Positions 1 through 13,324 of a stretch of 64,000 nucleotides of DNA are shown here, piece by piece (position 1 is the first letter of the stretch; each line of letters opens with the position of its first letter). Made by a program: the position numbers and the translations under genes. This DNA comes from Neodothiora populina (taxonomy: Eukaryota). The stretch is taken from the NCBI RefSeq assembly GCF_041146345.1, contig NW_027191415.1:992001-1056000 (forward strand). Reading direction: 5' to 3'. Under the pieces are notes generated by a model that worked only from the letters and a program-made list of their open reading frames with translations, did not search any database and was not told the DNA's origin.

Positions 1-1169
1 CCTCAAGCCACTCTGGTTTCACATTGTCGTCCACCAATGCCTTGACCTCCTTTTGCACTTCTCCACTCTCATCTTCGTAGCCTGCAACGATCCTTCGTGC
101 ATGATACATGACTGCGGCATTTGCCACTTCGAAGGACGACGCAACAGCCACGATGACACGAGCGGTGCCCTCTTTCTCCCTGTCATTGCGACCCCGAATT
201 ATGACGTTCCCATGGCCATCGTGAGTAAAGACGGTGAGTACATCATCCAGTCCACTAACAGCAAGACATACCACGTGTGCACCATCGTTACGAAGGAAGG
301 AAGCAAGAACGGCGTCCTTGTCGGGATCAAACCGGGTTTTGCCTTGGCGGGGTGCTAACCATGGGCTCCAAAGTCGGACGAGCGAGAACCAGCGCGTGTA
401 GTCCCTCGGCAGACCCAGTCTGTAATTGCTATAGCCCGAGTCTTGACCTTTTGCAGAGTTGACACGAGCGGTGATAGAATACAGCTTGGTCTGTGGAGTA
501 TCTGCAGATTCTCTGTGGATGGTAAGATCTGTACTCATTCCTTGAAAGAGACCTGTGAAATCGAGGTCTTCATGTTCACGCTGGAAGAAGATCGTGCCAT
601 CAGCAGTGCCACTGTGATCATTCACCCATTTCCAACCGCTCTGGCCACCAGTCTGGAATTTGATAGTGAAAGAAACTGGAAATGGTCCTGTAGATTGACG
701 AGACAGATCCCCAGTGAACCAGGCGTGCGCAGCCTGACGAGAGTTGACAAGAACCTGCAGGGTCAGCAGGATAATTGAGCTGTATCAAAGGGGTCAAGAC
801 CTACTGTATCTTTGAGATCATCTGTGCGTCTCAAGGGTAAGTCGACCCATTCATGTCGACCTTGATCGTGCCAGACAGTGACTTTGACATCGCGATCATC
901 GACTATAGTTGATCGTAAATCAGCTTATGGGCCATGGTGGTATTATGTATATTCTTCGGAATTTGGGCACCAACAACATGATGAGGATGGGTATGAGATA
1001 TATCTACGTACCAGAGGTTGAATTGGTCTCAAGTAGGACGGAGAAGCGGATCTGCTATGCTCAGTACGAAGAGAGGTCAAGAGCTTAGCTGGACACATAC
1101 GGAATCTTGACCTATCGCCACAGTCTTGGTTCGCCCGATTGGCGGCACACATGTGATGTTTGCGAACAT
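1..1169 (-). CDS. Raffinose synthase/Sip1-like glycoside hydrolase family 36 protein (5' part; continues past the left edge)
   Basis: The main reading frame is missing from the ORF track because it has no stop in the window. Manual minus-strand translation gives MFANITCVPPIGR (ATG 1169), an intron starting GTATGT, and later RWFSLVRLWSPWLAPRQGK...DAVLASFLRNDGAHVVCLAVSGLDDVLTVF...VAVASSFEVANAAVMYHARRIV...KPEWLE. These match recalled motifs of fungal Sip1/raffinose synthase proteins. Confidence 0.8.
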
Positions 1170-2202
1170 ATCAAGGTCAGCACTTTGCTGTGATGACAGA
1201 ATCTTCTCAGGAATGGTGTCAGATAATGCAGGATAGACTCGCTGGCCAGAGTTCAGATCACAGTACCCGAAGGTGATACCCTTCTGCTTCTGTTTGGGCA
1301 TAGCATTAAAGATTGTACATGAGTGACGACACGAGAAGAGCTAGATTAGGACAGTGGTATAGGAATGATCTCGGATAGTAGATAATGGACGTACACCGTA
1401 CTGTGCACGTTTGCTAATGTTCAAGGTAAGGTAAGGTACGGTAAGATGAGCTACTCAGGTGTTTCGACTGGCGGAGATGTCGTCATGAACTAACACCTTA
1501 AGTCCGCTTTGGTTAATGATTTCCCCAGACGTGCAGTGCTCGTTTGTCAAAGGTGATTTCAAGCATAAGAACCTAGATGTGGAAAGGCTATACAAGTCTG
1601 GGCTCCACTTTTGAACACCAGAATAGAGACTTTCGAGGTCAATGGACTTTGAAACATTGACATGGTTGATAGAAATCGACAATACACAGAAATACGGTCG
1701 CTGGATTCGTCAAGCTCATTTCTGGGTCAATTGATAGACATGCTACCGGAACACAGCAATGAAGGTCTGGCACAGGTCGGCCAACACAACAGCGTTACAG
1801 TGCGTAAACGGGCATGGTGGAGTTGCAGAGTGCTAGTAAGGTACGGACTTTTGTGTTCTATCGGTCAAAGACAAGATGATTCAAGTAAGGTATGCTGTAT
1901 AAGATATATCAAAGTGCCAAGTGATGTAGTGGGGGAAAGGGCTCCGAGGCTGCCCCACGTCGGGTCGCGGGATTCTGGCGTCAGGTCAATAAAGCAGGAA
2001 GGGACGACTGAAAGTTGGCAATTGCATTTTTGTTGCTAATCACCTGAGGTATCTACATCGTCGCTGTGCACAAGCTAGCCATAGCGACTATTCACCTCGC
2101 CTTTGTACACAGTACATATCACCCAAAGACTGTCCTCTAGCGACGACAGAGTGCAGTCTCTACAGGACCCCGTCACACCGACCAAACCCAATCTTGCCAG
2201 AG

Positions 2203-4058
2203 ATGCCTCAGGAGGAGTCCAAGCCTGTCGATCAGGCCGCAGAGCAAGAGGCAGTGCAGCAGGCTGTCTCGGAGCTGAAGATCAGCGAAGAAGCAGGCGC
2301 ACAAGCTGAGGAGCACAAAGAGTCATCGGAAGACGAAGCAGGAGAGGCAGAAGCCTCGACCGGCAACGACGCTACAAAGGGCAAGAAGAAGTCGAAGAAG
2401 TCGAAGAAGCAGAAGCTCAAGAACGCGCTGTCCACTGTGACTCCAGGCTCGAGTGCTGCTCCTGTCTCTGCATCCGAGCCTTTGCCTGCAAAGGCGATCA
2501 ATGCGCTCAGCGACAGCCAGATCTCCGCCCTCGTCGCTCAGAACCCGGCATTGGCGCAACAAATCCTCAGCAGCGGCAGCGGCACTGACCAGCAAAAGCT
2601 GCGCGATGCTTTCAAGAACATCTCTGCGGCCGAACTACTGACGGGTATGAGCAAGGGCAAGAATGCAAAGGACATGGCAAGCTACAAGTTCTGGTCCACC
2701 CAGCCGGTGCCCAAATTCGACGACGATGCAGCCGCCGCCGCTGCAGCCGCAAGTTCGAGTGCTCAGTCAGCCGCCGCTGGAGAAGTAAAGAAGGAAGCCA
2801 AGAAGGAAGGTCCCATCAAAGAGGTGGACATCAACAAGGTGCCCAAGGAGCCATCTCCATTGGTGGCAGGATTTGAATGGAGCGAGGTGGATCTCGAAGA
2901 CCCTCCTCAACTTGACGAAGTACAAGACCTTCTCTGCAACCACTACGTCGAGGATGACGAAGCCATGTTTCGCTTCAACTACCTCAAGGAGACACTGGCC
3001 TGGGCGCTCAAAGCTCCTGGCTGGCGCAAGAGCTGGCACGTGGGTGTTCGCGCTTCCAAGTCCCGCAAGCTTGTCGCCTTCATCTCTGCCATTCCTCTGC
3101 AGCTGCGTGTGCGAGACAACAAGATCAAGGGTTCCGAGGTCAACTTCCTCTGCATCCACAAGAAGCTGCGAGCGAAGCGTCTGGCTCCCGTCTTGATCAT
3201 GGAAATCACCCGCAGATGTAACCTGGAGGGCGTTTTCCAGGCCATCTACACTGCCGGTGTCATATTACCCAAGCCGGTCGCGAGCTGCCGCTACTTCCAT
3301 CGCGCATTGGACTGGGAAAAGCTCTACTCTGTGGGCTTCTCGCCGCTGCCATCAGGCAGCACCAAGCAACGACAGGTCATCAAGTACAGGCTTCCTGACA
3401 GAACAGCGACGCCTGGTCTGCGATTGATGGAGGCCAAAGATGTCGATGCCGTCCACAGTCTGCTCAACCGCTATCTCAAGCGCGTCAAGCTAGCGCAAGA
3501 GTTCAGCAAGGACGAAGTCGCCCATTGGTTTATCGACAACGAGAGCGACCCCAAGAGCGCCAAACGCGTTGTCTGGACCTACGTCGTCGAGGACTCGGCC
3601 AAGAAGATCACCGACTTCTTCAGCTTCTACTGCCTCGAGAGCAGCGTCATCCATGGGGCAGGCAACCACAGCACTATCAGAGCGGCTTACATGTTCTATT
3701 ACGGTACAGAGAGCGCTTTCGTCGAACAAAAGGAGGACAAAGTGTTGAGCGACCGCTTGAATCTGCTCGCCAAGGACGCATTGATTCTCGCAAAACAGGT
3801 ATGTTTTTGCCCCTTCACGAGACTGCGTAGAAGGTACACGATGCTGACCACCAGCCACAGGCTCGATTCGATGTTTTCAACGCTCTGACTCTGCTCGACA
3901 ACCCGCTGTTCCTGGAGAAGCAGCTGTTCGGAGCCGGAGATGGCCAGCTGCACTACTACCTGTTCAACTACCGAACGGCAGATCTTCCGTCCGGTGTGGA
4001 TGCAGGAAACCACGTGGATGCCCGGCAAAGAGGAGGCGTCGGCGTCGTCATGCTTTGA
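2203..4058 (+). CDS. NMT1: Glycylpeptide N-myristoyltransferase
   Basis: Motifs [36 protein letters not shown] and [15 protein letters not shown]. Intron 3799-3860 (GTATGT..GCTGAC..CAG). The C-terminus is GGVGVVML*. Confidence 0.97.
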
Positions 4059-4439
4059 GAGACGAGAAGAGAAAAGCACTGATGGCTGCGAATGCATGCA
4101 TGCATGCACATCATGGCGTCTCTCTTCCACAGATACCTTTATTATAGTGAATAGACCATGCCTCGAGCAGAGCCTCACGATTGACACATCCATCCCCAGC
4201 AGTGATTACCTTATATTGATACATCCATGTCCACGCGTCTCTCCCGATTGGCCACAGGTCACCCGCCCGCAGCGTTGCGGAGTCGGCAAAACCCTGGCTG
4301 AACTTTTTATGTCTCCGCAAAAGACGCAGATGCAGATAGATGGTCAGCGGGAACCAAAAAGTTGTCGTCGAAACCCCCGAGACTCGCCGCAACTTGGGTG
4401 TTCACGAGGCCAATTCCCCAACATCAAGAGTCGACAATC

Positions 4440-6267
4440 ATGAGGGCCTCCAGTGTCGTGGCGAAGACTTCCTTCGGGGCATTACGCAGCAGCAGTAGTA
4501 GTTTCAATGCCGCCTCCTCGCACATTGCCGCTCGCAGACAATACACTGCTGCCGTGGCGCGCCTGGCGACTGTGCCGACGCTGCTGCGGTCTTGCGGTGT
4601 TGCCGCTGCAGGCAAGAAGCAGGCGGCGGTGACATGGCAGCCCAGGAGATACCAGAGTGGTACTGCCGCTGCAGTGTATGTATTGTGTTTCTGTATATGA
4701 ATGTGTTGTAATGGACAGACGGTTCTGACGAGTTTGGTTTCTGTCTACAGGCTCGAACAGGCGATGCAGCAGCCGTCGGAACTCTCTCAGCAGGCTATTG
4801 TCGACAATCTCGATCCGGCGGAGTGGGCGCGTCTCGACAGGGTTAGGAATATTGGTATTGCTGTACGTTTTGAGCAGTTTGTGTTTTTAGTTGTGGCGAC
4901 AGCATGAGAGAGACAAAGAGCTGAAGCGTCGAGACACACAGGCACACATCGACAGTGGCAAGACGACGGCGACGGAGCGCGTCTTGTTCTACACCGGACG
5001 CATCAAGTCCATTCACGAAGTCAGAGGCAAGGACTCGGTCGGTGCGAAGATGGACAGTATGGACTTGGAGCGCGAGAAGGGAATCACCATCCAGTCGGCC
5101 GCCACTTTCTGTGACTGGGTCAGAAAGGACCCGGATACCGGAGAGGACAAGAAATATCACGTCAACTTGATCGATACGCCTGGACATATTGATTTCACCA
5201 TCGAGGTCGAGAGAGCATTGCGCGTTCTGGACGGTGCTGTGATGATTCTATGCGCCGTCAGTGGTGTGCAGTCGCAGACCATCACCGTCGACAGACAGAT
5301 GCGAAGGTACGACGTTCCCAGACTTTCCTTTGTCAACAAGATGGACCGCATGGGGGCCAACCCCTTCAAGGCTGTCGAGCAGATCAACCAGAAACTCAGG
5401 ATCCCTGCTGCCGCCATCCAGGTGCCCATCGGAGCCGAGGATGACTTCAATGGTGTCATCGACATTATCCGGAGAAAGGCCATTTACAATGACGGACCCA
5501 AGGGTGAGATCATCAGGGAGACGGACGAGATCCCAGCAGATCTCCAGAAGCTTGTGGAAGAGCGACGCGCAATGCTCATCGAGACACTCGCCGACGTCGA
5601 CGAGGAGATGGCCGAGATGTTCCTCGACGAGCAGGAGCCTACCGTTCCCCAGATCAAGGCTGCCATCAGAAGAGCGACCATCGCTCGCAAGTTCACGCCC
5701 GTCTTGATGGGCTCAGCACTCGCAGACAAGTCCGTGCAGCCCATGCTCGACGCCGTCGTCGACTATCTCCCCAACCCAGCCGAAGTCCAGAACCTCGCGC
5801 TCGACAAGCGACGACAGGAGGCAGAGGTCAAGCTCGTCCCTTACAACGCCCTGCCCTTCGTCGGCCTGGCCTTCAAGCTCGAAGAGTCCAACTTCGGCCA
5901 ACTCACCTACATCCGTGTCTACCAGGGCAGTCTGCGCAAGGGCGCCTCGGTCTACAACGCCCGCACCGACAAAAAGGTCAAGATCCCGCGTATCGTGCGC
6001 ATGCACTCGAACGAGATGGAGGAAGTCAACGAGATCGGCGCCGGTGAGATCTGCGCCGTCTTCGGCGTCGACTGCGCATCCGGCGACACCTTCACCGACG
6101 GTCAGCTCGGCTACACCATGTCGTCCATGTTCGTCCCGGACCCCGTCATTTCCCTCTCCATCAAGCCCAAGAACACAAAGGACACGCCCAACTTCAGCAA
6201 AGCCATGTCGCGCTTCCAGCGCGAAGACCCGACCTTCCGCGTGCACGTTGACACTGAATCCCAGGAA

Positions 6268-6302
<35 letters not shown>

Positions 6303-7029
6303 CATCTACGTCGAGCGCATGAGGCGAGAATACAAAGTCGACTGCGTCGTCGGCCAGCCGCAGGTCGCCTACCGCGAGACGATCCAATCAAAGGTGCCCT
6401 TCGACCACATCCTGAAAAAGCAAACCGGAGGAGCAGGAGACTACGCGCGAGTGGTCGGCTGGCTCGAACCCACGGGCGCGCTCGGCGAGAACAAGTTCGA
6501 GCAGCAAATCACCGGCGGCACGATTTCAGAGAAGTACCTGCTTGCATGCGACAAGGGGTTCCACGCCTCGTGCGACAAGGGCCCTCTACTAGGCCACCGA
6601 GTCCTCGGCGCGTCGATGGTCATCTTCGACGGCGCAACGCACATGACTGATTCCTCGGAAATGGCCTTCCGCAACGCGACGCAGCAAGCCTTCCGCAAAG
6701 CCTTCATGGCCGCATCCCCCCAGGTCCTCGAACCCCTGATGAAAACCACCATCACCGCCCCCAACGAGTTCCAAGGCAACATCGTAGGCCTGCTGAACAA
6801 GCGCAACGCGACCATCAGCGACACGGAGATCGGGCCCGAGGACTTTACGCTGTACGCCGACTGCTCGCTCAACAGCATGTTTGGCTTCTCGTCGCAGCTG
6901 CGCGCCGCCACGCAGGGCAAAGGCGAGTTCAGCATGGAGTTTTCGCATTATAACCCAGCGCCGATGCAGTTGCAGAAGGAGCTCATTGCTAAGCATGAGA
7001 AGACGCAGGCGGAGAGGAACAAGAAGTAG
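4440..7029 (+). CDS. MEF1: Mitochondrial translation elongation factor G (EF-G1)
   Basis: Arg/Ser/Ala-rich presequence MRASSVVAK. After two introns (~4676-4750 and ~4863-4941) the protein reads [15 protein letters not shown], with [24 protein letters not shown] and EF-G domains III-V. Confidence 0.97.
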
Positions 7030-7830
7030 TTTTTTTTTCACTTCTTCATTGTTGGAAATGCTCTCGCTGGTTGTCGGATGAGGAGTGGTGTATAACAGTA
7101 AAGAAGAACATTCACATGTAACAATAAATTAGACGATTATTCTTTTTCCCCTTCCTCTCAAGAAAAGGAAACAAAACGACAAAAGACGATTAGACGGACA
7201 AAGTATCCGGATGAATCAAGAATAACGGCGAAGGCAACGGAACGGTGAGAAAAGAGCAAAGAGAAAGGGGCAGTAGACCAGCATTTGTCAAGAGACGATC
7301 TTGTTTGTACAGATATCATTTCCTGATTATTCTTTCCAACAGCTGCTTGGTCAGCTGGAAAGTTTTCTAAAAAAAAATCTCAACTTTTATTATCATTTCC
7401 TTAATTGGATTCTTTACCTGTCTCTTGTCTTCTTGATTTGGGTATCTGTCTTGTGAATCGACTGCCTTCGATGGTGATGAGCAGAAAGAGCTCACCGAGA
7501 GGTGAAGAATCTGCACTCTTTTCTCTTGTCTGGGACCGCCTTGTGTGCCTGTTGCAGTATTTGGCCTCAGGACATAGGAGAGGAGCTTTCCTGTGACTAG
7601 CCCTTGATGTAGCCTGTCTTTCGATGGTGGCTGATTATGTAGAGGGCCGGACGCAAAGATGTCATTGTCTCCATATCACAAGTGACAGTTCCGTGGTCTG
7701 GCCGGACGTTCACCGCTAAGTGCTTAGCGGTGCAGGCTAGCTGCTGCAGCTGATATAGGGGCGAATGGAAGGCCGGTCGTAGCTTTTACACGAGCGGAGT
7801 CCGTTCTTGGCTACTCAGAACAGCAGAAGT

Positions 7831-8914
7831 TCAACGAGCCTTCCTGCGTGGACGAGACCTTTGCGCATGTGGAGGCGGAGGCACAGCAACGGCAGGAGAA
7901 GGCAACGGTGCCTTCTGCTGAGGTCTCGCCGGTGCTGCAGGGGTGGTCGACACTTTCCGGGCAGCAGCAGGGGCGCCAGCGATAGAGTTGCGTTGGATCT
8001 GATCCCAGACAAGCGGCCAGACAAAGGGAGCCGGTGTCCTCTGCCAATGACTGGGTGTAGGTCGCGCGAAGAGATAGTAATGCGCCAGTCTCTCCCATGT
8101 CGCGGGTGATTTCTTGCTCTCTGCGCGCGAGGACGGCACGTGTTCGAGGTTGACGAGCATTCGACTTGTGCGCACAGAGCCGAGGTCGGAGAGTTGCATT
8201 GCGCGGGTCCTGGGAAGAGGGAGGAAACCGATCTTTTGTACTTCGAGACGCGTGTCCGCGGGGAGTCGGCGCGCGAAGGTCTGCAGCGATTCGGCGGATC
8301 TGCGTGCCCAGGGCGGTAGTCGGATGAAGACACTGGCCAGGAAAGGGCTGGTCAGGAGAGAGATGAGGATCATGGGGACGGGGCTGGCGAGGAGGACTGG
8401 ATGTCACAATGCGTCAGCCGAGGGTAGATGGTGGATTCCGGAAGGTGCGCGGCATACTGAGCGGTGCCAGCCAAGGAGCTGCGTCTTCGTTGAAGTAGAC
8501 ATTGGGCGCAACCATCAATACTCCAAACCCAAAGAATCCAATACACACGGCTTTGGAGAAGCCTATCCACACCGTCGCCGAGGTGGGAGAGTGGAAGATG
8601 AGTAGCCGTTCGGGATATTTGTTCACTGAATGACATGATTAGCAAAAAGCACTTCGACACTCGACCTGTAGAGACATACAGGCACGACCATTGACTGCGC
8701 GAGGTGTGACCGGAGCACCCTGCGCAGTCTGGGAGGAAAGTACGGTAGGCTTTGGAGCGGATGCATTGCCGGTGCTGGCATGACGAAGGGGGGCTCGACG
8801 GAGAGGGAGACTGGACGTTCTACAAGGCAAAACTCGAGCTAAGACCGAGTGTAGCCTCGTCACGTTTGTGAGAGGGCGAGCAAGGCTCAATGGGCGTAGA
8901 ATCGAGGTTAGCAT
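7831..8914 (-). CDS. Conserved fungal hypothetical protein, probably mitochondrial membrane
   Basis: Three ORF-track pieces join in frame through two GT..AG introns. They give the presequence-like MLTSILRPLSLARP, then YPERLLIFH followed by a hydrophobic segment, then SPFLASVFIRLPPWARRS. Confidence 0.7.
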
Positions 8915-10307
8915 CTCGTCATGTTACTTGGGACATCGGTCATCGAGTAGCAATAAAACAAGATAGCTTTAAACCCGTGAACGGAGAAACAGAGCAGGGT
9001 CCAGAGGCGAGCTAGAGTGAACCACTTTACAGCAGAAGGACAGGGTCGCCTCCCGGTCGTACACACTACATTGCTTGTGCTCAGCGCTAACATTCCTGGT
9101 GGACTATTGTGGCATATTTCGTATATTTGGCATATTCACACCGAGTACCTGTGACAATCTGTCATAGAATATACGATGTTCGGATAGGTACATAAATGAC
9201 TCACAAGATGAACAAAGCATGAGTTCTTCTACGGGAGACTCTTATCCGCAGCGACGAGTTGATGGGGTTCTTCGGGGATAACGATCGACATGGTTTGGCG
9301 GTCTCCGGGAGCGGGGCGACCGGTGGGGTAAATACCTTGTACAGTAGCATCACTGTACGAAAGGTGTTCTTGTCACGTACTGCATCATAGAACCATGAAT
9401 CGTCATGTAATACACTGGAGCTGTGAAGAGATAGGTTCTAAACAAGGAAGCCAAGAATGTATAGATCTCGCACAGATTGAATTTAAGAAAGCAAGGAGGG
9501 ATCGGTCGAAGACCAAGTTTTATCTATCAGTCCCTCAGTAGTGCTGGCCGCAGCGAATGAGAGAAAGCGCGATGGAATCAATGAGGTCGAATCACCATAA
9601 TATCAGTGGACAGGTGGACAGACTGCGATGCAATCTATCTATAGGTCAATGAGCTTATATAGGAATCTGCTTCTTCCAAGACGTCTGTCCGATTGATGCG
9701 CAGTCTGCTTTGCATGACAAGTCCTTCAAAGGCCAATCTGGTTATTCAAACTCGACTCGATCGGCATTGTCCCCGTCCTCGCTTAGACGGTATCCAACTC
9801 CGTTCTCGCCGCGACGACAATCTATTGGGTGACAGGCCGAGGCAAAGACACCAGCTTACCCAGTATTACATGCATCTCTGACTTTTATCTCCGTATCATT
9901 TTATACAGTACAGTACAATATAACCAAGATATATCCGCTGTAGTACATCGACAGCCACCCGGAAACATGGAGGCTTAAGCTTCCTCCTCCACTCTGAACA
10001 TAATCACCACCTACTAGACAAAAACAAACTCCGGGCGATAAGCTCTGGCACTCCATGAAACGATGCGGAGTTCTTATCCGCACACATGTTGATCTCACTT
10101 TCGCTTTCTGCCCCGACGGTCGTCATCATGATGGGGAAGAGGGGTATGGCGCAGAGTGACGGGATATAGTATGCGTGCGGGCTGCTTATACCTGCCATTG
10201 CTTCGACTTCTGATCTTGTGCATTGTAAACTGTAGCAAAGCCGAGTAAGCCATCCACTGCGCGAATTGAGTGAAAAGAAGACCCAACCCCCACGACAACC
10301 AGCAAGA

Positions 10308-11413
10308 ATGTCCGGCATCCAAGCCCAACTCGCCGCGGGCGCCGTCCCAAACCACGTCTCAAACGTCTGTCCCGCGGGCACCAAACTCTGGGTCCTCGAG
10401 TGTGGCTGGCTAGAATGCGACGAAGGCTTCGTGGTGCGAGGCGGCAACACATCACTCGCATCCACCGCAGACAATACGTTCCAGAACAAGCGGCGCCAGC
10501 TGCCCGTCTACTGCTGTCTGATCGAACACCCGCATGAAGGCCTGATCCTCTGGGAGACCGGGTGCGGGAAGAATTACCCTGAGGTCTGGGGCCCGCAGGT
10601 CCATGATGTGTTTGCGCGCGTGCGGTACGAGGAGAAGCATGAGCTTAGGAATGCGGTCGCTGCTACTGGACATAAGCTCGAGGACGTCAAGAAGATCATT
10701 ATTGGTCATTTGCATCTTGATCATGCTGGGGGGTTGGACGAGTTTCTGGACAGAAAAGACGTCGAGATTTGGGTCCACGATACGGAGCTGAGATCGGCGT
10801 TTTGGAGTGTGGCTACTGGTGCTGATGTCGGAGTGTATTTGGAGCACTACTTGAAACTCGGATTGTAAGAGTATCAAAAGAGGAAAGAAGCAAATTGGGT
10901 TTGCTGACTTCTGACTGTGCAGGAACTGGAAGACATTCGACGACCGATCCATGGACTTTTGTCAAGGAATTACTCTGCATCATTTCCCTGGACATACCGA
11001 GTATGTCGCTTTAACAATGACCTCACTGTGCAAGACATATAAGCTAACGCATTGTCCAGTGGTCTCATTGGTATGCAAATCAATTTGCCTGACAGCGGCA
11101 CTTTCTTCTTCATCTCTGATCACTGCCATGTCATCGAAAACGTAAGTCGATCTACCTTGTGTCTTATGAAGCTGCACCCGCTAACATTTTCACTAGTGGA
11201 GAGGTAAATTGGTCACTGATTCATAGTCCTGGCAGAACTAACCTGATCGCAGATGGAATCCCCCAGGGATGGTTGGCTAGAGATCATCCGGCTTGGTTTA
11301 GAAGCACCCAGCGGCTGAAGCATCTCGAACGTCTCACAAAGGGACAAGTGATTCCCGGTCACGATGAAGAGACCTTTTTGAAACTGCAAAAGGACAAGGA
11401 CGTGTACACGTAG
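10308..11413 (+). CDS. Metallo-beta-lactamase-fold hydrolase, N-acyl-homoserine-lactonase (AiiA/AttM)-like
   Basis: HLHLDHAGGL (HxHxDH) motif, LWETG, PGHT, SDHCH and IPGHD. Four introns, including two that flank a 7-nt microexon at 11197-11203. Confidence 0.88.
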
Positions 11414-11584
11414 CGATGCCGGCACGAGAAGAGGTTTGTGTGTTTTCATGCTGTACTTTTGACCCCTAAGTAAGGCGGTGATGACCTGATCTTGGTAATT
11501 TTGGCGAGGTAATGGCTCAATATGGTTTTCATGTCAATAGGCTCAGCCTTGTTCTTCCTCTTGCATTGAAAAAGTTCAATATGT

Positions 11585-12553
11585 TCATCTCTGTCCGGCC
11601 AATCTTCTTGCCTGGACCTCGCCCAGAGCGCGGCTTCCACTGAGGAATGCGACCACGGCGAAGACAGCCACAGCAGGTAGGGTCTGAAACAGGTTCCAGG
11701 TGCTGTAGTAAAGGAAGAAGACGCCCTCCAGGCCTGCGATGCTGCCGAAGAACAAAGTGTGCGAGACTGGATCCGCGCTCATGGCTTTGCCGAGGTGGTT
11801 CAGGTTGGCGCCGAGCATGAGCCAGACTCCGAGAAGAACAGGTAGAGTGGCAGCAATGGCAAGAACAAAGAATGATGAGATGATCTTGGGTGGCGACACT
11901 GGATCGGCGCGGAAGATGTGGTTGATCTCTGCCTTCTTTCCATATCGGACAGGTGCTTCGGGCGCAATGATGGGCGCCGCTTGGTCAGCAGCCACGGTGA
12001 CTTCAAAGGCTTTGCTTGAGTAGGGAGTTGAAGAGCCGAAAGACGCGAGAGTCAGCTTGGCCTCGAGAGGGAGGCCTGCGGTCAGGAGCTGGATAGGGAG
12101 GTCTCTCTGGGTCTGTACACGTCAGTCCGTCTGTTTTGCCCATTGTCTCACAGGTGTCCGTACCACTTCAACTTTGCCCTTTCCACTCTCTTTGACAATA
12201 AAGGGAAAGGACTCCTCGAGGCCTGTCTTGGGCTCGCGAATGGAGAGGAAGGCCTGGTGGGGTCGCTTGGGCGTTCCTCCCTCGGTGCTGGTCAAAATGA
12301 CCTTGATCGTGTCGGCCGGGCCAAGAGTGACATCCTTTGCCAATGCCTTTCCAACGGATAACCTGTAGCCATGTCAATGGACGGCTTCCTGCTCGATCTT
12401 GATATACCCTTACTTCTCTTTGAATGCACCTGCTACTCCAGCGCCCTTGGTGGAGATGCTCACTGTCGCATCCTCGAAGGTCCAATCTGCAGCGGCAGCC
12501 AGACTGGCTCCGAGCGACAAGAGTGGCAACACAATGGAACTTGGGAACTTCAT
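11585..12553 (-). CDS. SWP1: Oligosaccharyltransferase subunit ribophorin II/Swp1
   Basis: Signal peptide MKFPSSIVLPLLSLGASLAAA, KRPHQAFL, RYGKKAEINHIFRADP, three C-terminal TM helices and GSRALGEVQARRLAGQR. Two introns. Confidence 0.9.
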
Positions 12554-13324
12554 ATTTGTGAGCGACGCGAGTTCGCTGGTTGTCAGGAACTCTGTAAGTA
12601 CTTGGTCTATCAACACTCAGCAGGTGACGACGCTCCAAGAAGCTACCTGTCATGCTCGACTTCGCTTATGTTTCCCCATTTGGCTCCTGCTCCTCCAACG
12701 CTAGCAAACGCTACTACTGTATATTCCACCGTGGCCAAGGGACCGCAATACCGTATAGTGCAAGAATCATGCTGGCGGTCATTCAAACAGCTGTTGCGCC
12801 GTGGTAGGAATCATGACATTATGGGTACACCTGATATGCTTGTTGTCTGGAAGGAGCCTGCGCTGGCAGTGACGCTGCAGTTGATTAAGAGGAAGGAGGA
12901 AAGCAGGTGACTTCCCTGCCACTACATGCACCTGTCGTGAAGAGTTACTACGAGGAAGTTGCTTGCCTGATATAGATAATATATGAAGGACACAATCCAT
13001 TGCATTTCGTCAGCATTTCCAAAAAGAGCACTCTGTATCATCTTTCCGTTTGATCCTGCAAATCCAAGATACCATCTGTAACACCTGAGCAATAGGCTTG
13101 CAGAGAAAGGACCTTTTCATGTGACATCCAAGGCTTAAAGTTTGACAAAGACCCCACGAAAGACTGCCACCGCCGACATAGACACGCCGGGACGGGCAAG
13201 AATATCGTCGCAATATTTTAGGTCGTCGCCCTTGTCTCACGGCCACTCCGGACATCTCAGCACTGCCTCATATAGACGTCACCCAGTACATACCTTGGTG
13301 TGCCGGTGTGCCTGGTTGCCTAGT

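Noticed and set aside
4843..7041. Many overlapping ORFs within EF-G (likewise within NMT1, ALDH, syntaxin and PRP17)
   Set aside because: These are alternative-frame or antisense by-products of GC3-rich coding sequence.
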